Shown here: positions 7,845 through 13,093 of the stretch, one piece after another | Position numbering within the stretch: the first letter of the stretch is position 1 | Layout: the number at the start of each line of letters is the position of its first letter | DNA from: Candidatus Micrarchaeota archaeon | Lineage (GTDB): Archaea > Micrarchaeota > Micrarchaeia > Norongarragalinales > SBBD01 | Length of the DNA stretch: 13,093 bases | Assembly (NCBI GenBank): GCA_038046605.1 | Contig: JBBSVW010000070.1 | Span: forward strand, 1-13,093 | Reading direction: 5' to 3' | Made by a program: the position numbers and the translations under genes | The notes under the pieces: model-generated | Databases searched by the model: none | Told to the model about the DNA's origin: nothing | Seen by the model: the letters and a program-made list of their open reading frames with translations, nothing else

Positions 7845-8195
7845 ATGGCATTCGGGGCATTAAGCAGGTTTTTGGGGAAAAATGGAAAGGGGGAAATGGA
7901 AAAAAACAGGGGGGAAATTGCAAAAACCAGCATGGGTGGGAATAACCCCAATGATGGAAACGCAAAGCACGCCCATACGAATAAGCATGGGCAAAAGGCA
8001 ATCCAAAAGCCGCTGACATTTTGGAATGAGGAGAAGGGGCAGGTATCGGCGGAAATGCTGATAATTATTGCCGCCATGATCGCCGTTGCGCTGGTTTTGG
8101 TTTCACAGCTCCAAAGCTCCGCAAAAACCGGCGCAAAGAATTTGGACGCGAAAACGGACAAGGCGTGGAGCGAAATTGACAAAATTGGAAAATAG
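7845..8195 (+). CDS. Class III signal peptide protein (archaeal type IV pilin-like, DUF361-type)
   Basis: EEKG|QVSAEMLIIIAAMIAVALVLV motif (Q+1, E+5, hydrophobic helix) followed by a short amphipathic helix. Start uncertain: ATG 7845 has a G-rich RBS, and 7896 and 7932 are alternatives. Confidence 0.8.
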   Translation: MAFGALSRFLGKNGKGEMEKNRGEIAKTSMGGNNPNDGNAKHAHTNKHGQKAIQKPLTFWNEEKGQVSAEMLIIIAAMIAVALVLVSQLQSSAKTGAKNLDAKTDKAWSEIDKIGK

Positions 8196-8314
8196 AAAGT
8201 GGAATTTGCTGGGGCGGAATGCAAATGGGGATTGGGGGGCGCTTATGGAGCATGGAACATTGCAAATTGGGGGCAGCTAAATTGCCAAGCCTCATTCATT
8301 TGAGAGGAAAAACC

Positions 8315-8746
8315 GTGGAAAGGAAGGCGCAAATCTCATTGGAGATGCTTATTGTAATGGCGGCGCTTGCGGGGGCGTTAATTGCTTTTTCTCCCTCAAT
8401 TGGCAAAATATCCTCATTTTCGAAAGCGGCCCTGGTTCAAAAGCAGATGGAATTTGCAGTTGAAAAAATAATTGCGGGAGTTGAGGAAGCGGATTTGATG
8501 GGGAATGGCTTTGCCGGGGAAATAAGCGTGCTCCTGCCGGTTGAAATGAAAATTTCATATGGGAGGGGGGAAATGATGTTTGAATATGAATCATTTGGAA
8601 GCGCGAGGAAAATCGAGGCGGGGGCGCCCCAAAAAATGGAAATTGGCAACGGGGCCTCAAGCATGGTTGTTTCAAGCGGGGAGAAAATAGCCATTTTGAA
8701 CGATCGAAGCATTGTAAAAATCAAAGCGGGCCCCAAAAAGGGTTAA
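8315..8746 (+). CDS. Class III signal peptide protein (pilin-like)
   Basis: GTG 8315 with a GAGAGG RBS gives MERKA|QISLEMLIVMAALAGALIAF, followed by a helix and a beta-rich globular domain. Confidence 0.8.
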   Translation: MERKAQISLEMLIVMAALAGALIAFSPSIGKISSFSKAALVQKQMEFAVEKIIAGVEEADLMGNGFAGEISVLLPVEMKISYGRGEMMFEYESFGSARKIEAGAPQKMEIGNGASSMVVSSGEKIAILNDRSIVKIKAGPKKG

Positions 8747-8799
8747 AAACGTTATCATGGTAAAAGATAGCACTCTGATGCAAGAGGGGTGTGGAAATT

Positions 8800-9087
8800 A
8801 TGAACATTTCTGAATTGAAGGCAGGAACCGGGAACATCGAAGTTACCGGCGAAATTACCAATCTTGAAGCTCCGCGGGAGATCAACAAGATGGGAAGGAC
8901 CCTTCGGGTTGCGAATGCGACCCTCAAGGATTCGTCCGGAACCATCACGCTTGTGCTTTGGAACGATGACATCGATAAGGTGCAGATGGGAAACATGGTC
9001 AAAATTGCAAATGGATATGTAAACACATGGCAGGACAAGACCCAGCTTACGCTAGGCAAGTTCGGCAAGATGGAAGTACTGGAGTGA
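8800..9087 (+). CDS. ssb: Single OB-fold single-stranded DNA-binding protein
   Basis: MNISELK..NIEVTGEI....PRE....GRTLRVANATLKDSSGTITLVLWND...VKIANGYV..WQDKTQLTLGKFG matches the archaeal single-OB SSB/RPA pattern. Confidence 0.9.
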   Translation: MNISELKAGTGNIEVTGEITNLEAPREINKMGRTLRVANATLKDSSGTITLVLWNDDIDKVQMGNMVKIANGYVNTWQDKTQLTLGKFGKMEVLE

Positions 9088-9092
9088 AAATT

Positions 9093-9197
9093 ATGAAGCC
9101 GCAAAAAATCGACAAGGGCGCTTATGAGAGGAATTTAACATTCTTCCTCGTATTCGCATTTTTGGCGCTATTCCTTTTCATGCAGTTTTTGCAGTGA
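9093..9197 (+). CDS. Small single-pass membrane protein (34 aa), below the ORF track cutoff
   Basis: MKPQKIDKGAYERNLTFFLVFAFLALFLFMQFLQ*. It starts 5 nt after the ssb stop, with GGAGTGA upstream and a T-tract after the stop. Confidence 0.55.
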   Translation: MKPQKIDKGAYERNLTFFLVFAFLALFLFMQFLQ

Positions 9198-9306
9198 AGT
9201 TTTTGCTTTATTGCATACACGCGCCCCTAGGCTTGCGTTGCGTTAATTTACTAATTTGATAAAACTACCCATAACCAACCCTTTTGCTAAGTTGGGCTTA
9301 TTTTTC

Positions 9307-9344
9307 TGTCGAACTCCTCATCGACAAGTGGCAAAGCTTAAATA
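9307..9344 (+). promoter_or_regulatory. Palindrome TGTCGA-N8-TCGACA followed by BRE/TATA (AAAGC TTAAATA) upstream of the HTH regulator
   Basis: Arms at 9307-9312 and 9321-9326. TATA at 9338-9344 lies about 25 nt before ATG 9367, consistent with a leaderless transcript. Confidence 0.5.
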
Positions 9345-9366
9345 GGAACGAATTCTAGTAGAAAGC

Positions 9367-10056
9367 ATGGAACAATTAAAGGTAAAAATCGCAGGAGAAA
9401 TTTCGCTTTCATCCGATCCGGGGAGCACGATGAAGAAATGGCGCGAAGTGTTTAATATAGCGCAAACTGATCTTTCCCAGTATTTGAAAATTTCGCCATC
9501 AACCATTAGCGACTACGAAAGCAACCGGAGAAAATCGCCGGGAATTGCCGTCATCCATAGGTTTGTTGACGCCCTATTTGCAATTGATTCGCAAAAAGGG
9601 GGAACGACAATCAAGAAATTCCGGGAAGCGGATGAGTCCGGAAGGGGGATGTACGAGGCTATCGAATTCATTAAGCCGGTTTCCGCAAAGGAGTTTGCAA
9701 AACTAATTGAGGCAAAGGTTTTGGCAAATGGCGAAAAACTGGAAACAAAGAGCATTTTTGGGTGCACCATACTTGATAGTGTGCGCGTGATATTGGAATT
9801 GCCATATGAGAGCTTCATAAAAATTTACTCAACCACGTCCGAAAGGGCGCTGATTTTCACGCATGTTTCAACGGGAAGGAGCCCGATGATTGCGGTTAGG
9901 GTTACGCCAATCAAGCCATCGATAATAATCCTCCATGGGATTGATGAGGTGGATAAGCTCGCGGTAAAAATTGCGGAAACGGAGGGGATCCCCCTGCTTG
10001 TGACTAAGCTGGGCGTTGAGGAGATCAAAAAGCGCGTGAAGGATGTAGCATACTAA
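9367..10056 (+). CDS. Archaeal XRE-HTH transcriptional regulator with C-terminal DRTGG-like domain (COG1709-type)
   Basis: KIAGEISLSSDPGSTMKKWREVFNIAQTDL..LKISPSTISDYESNRRKSPG; G.TILDS; ERALIFTHVSTGRSPMIAVRV...KP..IILHG...VDKLAVKIAETEGIPL. Confidence 0.9.
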   Translation: MEQLKVKIAGEISLSSDPGSTMKKWREVFNIAQTDLSQYLKISPSTISDYESNRRKSPGIAVIHRFVDALFAIDSQKGGTTIKKFREADESGRGMYEAIEFIKPVSAKEFAKLIEAKVLANGEKLETKSIFGCTILDSVRVILELPYESFIKIYSTTSERALIFTHVSTGRSPMIAVRVTPIKPSIIILHGIDEVDKLAVKIAETEGIPLLVTKLGVEEIKKRVKDVAY

Positions 10057-10066
10057 GGCGAATTTG

Positions 10067-10534
10067 ATGAATCTTGTTGCCATACTTGCAATTGCAGCAC
10101 TCATTTTTTCATTTGGGGGAATGCATGCGCTCAATTATGATTTTTCGGCGGGCAAGGCGAAAGTGGAAATTGCGAGCTTTAAGGCACCATATTATTTTGC
10201 CCCGGGGGATTTTACGTCCTATTTGAATGCGTATTTTTTCGTATTTGTATTTTCGCTTCTCTTCTTTGGGTTTTCGGCGCCAATTGCCCTTGGTATTGAG
10301 GGCACAAAATATGCATCGTTTGCAATCAGCGGCTCCCTTCCGGCATTTGATTATGTTTTCCTGATACCCGAAATGCTTGCGGCATATTCCGCAATCGTGC
10401 TTGGGGGCGGGATATTAAACGATATCGATGGGGAAAATGTGTTTGAGAAATGGAGCGCTGCGGTCAAATTCTTCGTTATTGGCCTGGTATTGATGGTTGC
10501 GCTTGCATTGATTAGGCCCTACCTGGTAGGCTGA
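10067..10534 (+). CDS. Multi-pass membrane protein, weakly stage II sporulation protein M-like
   Basis: About 4-5 hydrophobic segments and an IPEMLAAYSAIVLGG motif. It starts 10 nt after the regulator stop. Confidence 0.75.
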   Translation: MNLVAILAIAALIFSFGGMHALNYDFSAGKAKVEIASFKAPYYFAPGDFTSYLNAYFFVFVFSLLFFGFSAPIALGIEGTKYASFAISGSLPAFDYVFLIPEMLAAYSAIVLGGGILNDIDGENVFEKWSAAVKFFVIGLVLMVALALIRPYLVG

Positions 10535-10576
10535 ATTTTTATGGAAACCGCGGAATGCGACTTGACTAAAACTAAT

Positions 10577-12022
10577 CTAAGATGCACCATAAGATGGTGA
10601 GGAATACCAGCACAATTTGTTGGCGCCGCTTGCCCTAACTTGTTTTGATGCGTCAGTATCATAAAAACTAATTACGGTATTGCCGGGATTTTTGATGTAG
10701 GCGCAAAAAGCAATGCCATCTTGAGAAGAACCGCAATCGCCAGAGTCAATGTTAAAATTGTTAATCAATTCATCGGGGCTTGCTGCCATGTCCTTGCAGG
10801 CAGTTTCGGAGCCAGGCCCGCCAATTGAAACATTTAGGCCATAGGGCTGGTTTGATACGAAGTCGCATGCAGCTTTAAGCGTGTGGGGGCCAAAATCCTG
10901 CGCATATTTCGTTTTGGCAGCATTTGGATCGGGCAGGGGCATTGGCCCAAAATCGCCAGTGCTAAGGGGCGGAATGAAATCGACATTTTTGCATCCCGAA
11001 TTTGCAGTATTTTTGCCAATGCAGCTCCCATCAATAATGCCGCGCTGCGCGCCAACAGCATCGTTCCTATTCGGATTTGCCCCATATGCCAAGATCCGGT
11101 TGAACCGAAATGCCGCATCGAGGTATTTGAAGAAGGGATAGCTTATCGGTGCATCAAAATCCACATCGCTTATGGATCCGGCACGTATCTTGTTCCCGGC
11201 GCTATCCTCCGCAAGCACTCTTGGGAATTTCCCGAATACATCGGTGTTTTGGATTGCAATGCGCACAAAAAACTGGTTGCCGCCCTCGCAGCCTAAAACC
11301 TTCTTGCCTGCTTTGCAACTGCCATCATCATTGAACTCGCTGCAGCACTCGTAATCATCATCACTTATTATGTCCGTTGCTTGTGAAAACCTATCGCAGT
11401 TGAGCTCCACAGTTGAAACTAGCCTCGAGCAAAGATCATCATGCACTATGCCTTCGGTGCTATCGTAGTGGGTAAATGCGGTCACCGCATCCTTGTTTGC
11501 AGCGGAGAGGGTGATCCCTTCAAAGCTTGTCTGTTCGGATATGATCCTGACAAGTTCGGGGAGGGAAAAAAGGTAGGTCCCATCGGAGGAGGGCTTGGAG
11601 CACACAACCTGCTTCATTATATCCGATGAGCGCTTGCATACAAAGAGCCGCTCTTCACGTTCATCTACCACATCATCATAGGGTTGGGATGGGGTTTGGG
11701 TGTTTTCACATAAAGTATCCCCGGAGCAAACACCCGGCCCGGCCGAGGATAGCGTCTTTTCCGTTTCCAGGTTGATGAAGTTCTGCCAGCATTGGGATGT
11801 TAGCGCGTATTCGATGTTGCGCTGGAGGCCTATGTTGAAAACTGAGCCAAGGTCGCTTCGGTATATTTCGACAACAGAAACCAGCTTGTTGTGGTAGGAA
11901 TCTGAAACGGTTTCAGCAATTGCGGCGGATTCGGATCTGGCAATGTTGATTATTACGAGTATGGCTACTAAGAAAATTAGGGTGCCTATGAGGGGGGCAG
12001 CGATGAAGGCCTTCCTTTGCAT
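10577..12022 (-). CDS. Large Cys-rich secreted/surface protein with class III-like N-terminus (481 aa)
   Basis: True start inferred at ATG 12022: MQRKA|FIAAPLIGTLIFLVAILVIINIA. The ectodomain is acidic with 18 Cys. The longer ORF-track start (12196) would run into the tRNA. Confidence 0.8.
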   Translation of the reverse strand: MQRKAFIAAPLIGTLIFLVAILVIINIARSESAAIAETVSDSYHNKLVSVVEIYRSDLGSVFNIGLQRNIEYALTSQCWQNFINLETEKTLSSAGPGVCSGDTLCENTQTPSQPYDDVVDEREERLFVCKRSSDIMKQVVCSKPSSDGTYLFSLPELVRIISEQTSFEGITLSAANKDAVTAFTHYDSTEGIVHDDLCSRLVSTVELNCDRFSQATDIISDDDYECCSEFNDDGSCKAGKKVLGCEGGNQFFVRIAIQNTDVFGKFPRVLAEDSAGNKIRAGSISDVDFDAPISYPFFKYLDAAFRFNRILAYGANPNRNDAVGAQRGIIDGSCIGKNTANSGCKNVDFIPPLSTGDFGPMPLPDPNAAKTKYAQDFGPHTLKAACDFVSNQPYGLNVSIGGPGSETACKDMAASPDELINNFNIDSGDCGSSQDGIAFCAYIKNPGNTVISFYDTDASKQVRASGANKLCWYSSPSYGAS

Positions 12023-12138
12023 AATTGGTTGAACGGAAGTGTTGGATAAAAAGGTTTTGAACTCTGTCGAAATCAAGTGCAAATGAAGGTTTTGGAAAAT
12101 CATCCCGCTGCGCAATGAAAAATATGGGCCCGCGGAGA

Positions 12139-12278
12139 TTTCCAGCCTTGCCGATATTCGGCGGAGCCGGCAAATTGTTTTCTTTGGCGGCGCCATCGCC
12201 TTTCTTTTTTGAAACCGAAAAGAGCATTGCGCTCTTTACGGCCTCGAAGAAAAAAATCTTCGTGGAGAAAGGCAAGGC
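12139..12278 (-). other. tRNA intron 2 in the T-loop (~59/60, 140 nt, relaxed BHB)
   Basis: Central helix TCCG(54-57)/TGGA, 3' bulge AA|T closed by the T-stem, and an intron-closing helix GCCTTGCC/GGCAAGGC. The exact register could shift by 1-2 nt. Confidence 0.72.
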
Positions 12279-12301
12279 ATCGGACTCCGAATCTCTCGTG
12301 T

Positions 12302-12330
12302 TTTCTCGGACAGATGGATTTGCAAGTCCA
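12302..12330 (-). other. tRNA intron 1 at position 36/37 (29 nt, BHB-type)
   Basis: Central helix TCTT(31-34)/GAGA, 5' bulge AC|T, intron helix GGAC/GTCC, 3' bulge AA|A. Splicing yields the normal Val loop CTTACAC. Confidence 0.8.
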
Positions 12331-12546
12331 GTAAGACGAGCGTCTTGGCCATTCGACTACGAGCCCATAGCCGATAAATATGGTGGAAAAGGTTAAAGAA
12401 AAGGGTGTTTTAACCCGAATTGTCCGGAAAGGGTTGGAGGCAACGCGGAGCTGTTAAAACGGGGGTCGGGCTTTCAATCGGTTCGGAATCGCATGTTTTT
12501 TTAAGAGGGGGGTTGTGATAAATGCAATAATTTAGGGGTGGTCTGT

Positions 12547-13020
12547 ATGGGATGGTTGGAAAATATGCTAATACAAGTGGCTAGGCTTTTGTTTGCAATT
12601 GTGTTTGCGGTTGCAGCGCAGTATTTGGCAATCAAGATCTTTGATAGGATGACTTCAAGGATTGACGAGCTTGAGGAATTAAAGAAGGGAAACCTGGCAG
12701 TTGGCATCGTGCTGGGGGCGGTAATAATATCCGTTGCAACAATCATTTCGGGCGGGGTTGCACGCATGGTACCCCAAAGCTTCAATGCGGGAAGCGTAGA
12801 TTTTTGGGGGGCGCTGTCACTAGGAATGCTTAATCTGCTGATAGCAATTGTCTTTGCGGTGGTTGCGCAGTTTGTTGCCCTGAGGGTCTTTGATTCCATG
12901 ACGGAAGGGATTGACGAGCAAAAGGAATTAAAGAGGGGGAATTTGGCAATTGGAGTCCTCCTGGCTGCGGTGATTTTTGCAACTGCGCTTGTTGTGCAGG
13001 CGGGCTTGCCGCAGTTCTAG
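12547..13020 (+). CDS. DUF350-family membrane protein with two tandem domains
   Basis: Two repeats with the DUF350 motif: FDRMTSRIDELEELKKGNLAVGIVLGAVII and FDSMTEGIDEQKELKRGNLAIGVLLAAVIF. GGGGTGG RBS before ATG 12547. Confidence 0.85.
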   Translation: MGWLENMLIQVARLLFAIVFAVAAQYLAIKIFDRMTSRIDELEELKKGNLAVGIVLGAVIISVATIISGGVARMVPQSFNAGSVDFWGALSLGMLNLLIAIVFAVVAQFVALRVFDSMTEGIDEQKELKRGNLAIGVLLAAVIFATALVVQAGLPQF

Positions 13021-13021
13021 G

Positions 13022-13036
13022 TTTTTTTATTTTTTA
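13022..13036 (+). terminator. Oligo-T archaeal terminator
   Basis: Two T-runs (TTTTTTTATTTTTTT) directly after the DUF350 stop. Confidence 0.6.
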
Positions 13037-13093
13037 TTGTAACGGGTTAGTTTTGTAACTCACCGAAAAGCGTAAATTCTAGCTCTGCCTGCT

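Larger units (their letters stand above)
12125..12366 (-). tRNA. tRNA-Val(TAC) with two non-canonical introns
   Basis: Minus strand reads GGGCTCG TA GTCG AATGGCCA AGAC G CTCGT CTTAC [29 nt] AC ACGAG AGATT CGGAG TCCGAT [140 nt] T CTCCG CGGGCCC A. Acceptor (7 bp, one G-U), D (3 bp plus a G-A), anticodon (5 bp) and T (5 bp) stems all form. Anticodon at 12331-12333, discriminator A, no encoded CCA. Confidence 0.9.

Noticed and set aside
7689-8314. ORF-track starts at 7689 and 8219 for the pilin-like genes
   Set aside because: 7689 overlaps the upstream gene and crosses the terminator hairpin. For the second gene, GTG 8315 has an RBS and places the class III motif at the N-terminus.
12023-12196. 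58-aa N-terminal extension of the 539-aa ORF
   Set aside because: It overlaps the tRNA 3' exon and intron, and the signal peptide begins at ATG 12022.
12301-12329. Canonical 37/38 placement of intron 1, or a Leu(TAA) reading
   Set aside because: 37/38 gives U37 and no central BHB helix. Leu would need a long variable arm, and this one is 5 nt.
11913-12396. ORFs 12115..12396(+) and 11913..12275(-) as an intron-encoded or overlapping protein
   Set aside because: They run across tRNA exons, have no homing-endonuclease or other motif, and are explained by the RNA structure.
12400-12500. Possible ncRNA (RNase P/SRP) with the GTTTTAAC/GTTAAAAC inverted repeat (12407-12414/12453-12460)
   Set aside because: No RNase P P4 or SRP helix 8 consensus was found and the region is too short. 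It is more simply the divergent promoter region of the tRNA and DUF350 genes.
1-13093. CRISPR array, transposase, integrase or att duplication of the tRNA 3' end
   Set aside because: I saw no regularly spaced repeats, mobility genes or second copy of the tRNA end when reading by eye.

Overview
Archaeal genomic window. The GGTGA ribosome-binding sites, TATA boxes, psmA, SBDS, ABCE1, single-OB SSB and class III signal peptides point to Archaea. The tandem-Lrp regulator, gene mix and non-canonical tRNA introns suggest a DPANN/Micrarchaeota-like lineage, which is an inference. From left to right it holds: SBDS; a double Lrp/AsnC regulator divergent from a glycine/sarcosine N-methyltransferase, plus an orphan ORF, all lying between the normally adjacent psmA and SBDS; psmA; a tightly coupled three-gene unit (kinase-like orphan, atypical ABCE1/RLI, protein with three sigma70-region-4-like HTHs); two pilin-like class III signal peptide genes; SSB; a 34-aa membrane peptide; a COG1709-type HTH regulator; a membrane protein; a large Cys-rich pilin-like surface protein; and a tandem DUF350 protein. 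The main hidden feature is a minus-strand tRNA-Val(TAC) at 12125..12366, under spurious ORFs. It is split by two non-canonical introns: 29 nt at 36/37 with a clear BHB-type motif, and a highly structured ~140 nt intron in the T-loop. It also encodes C instead of U at position 55. All family assignments come from motif recognition by eye, with no database searches.
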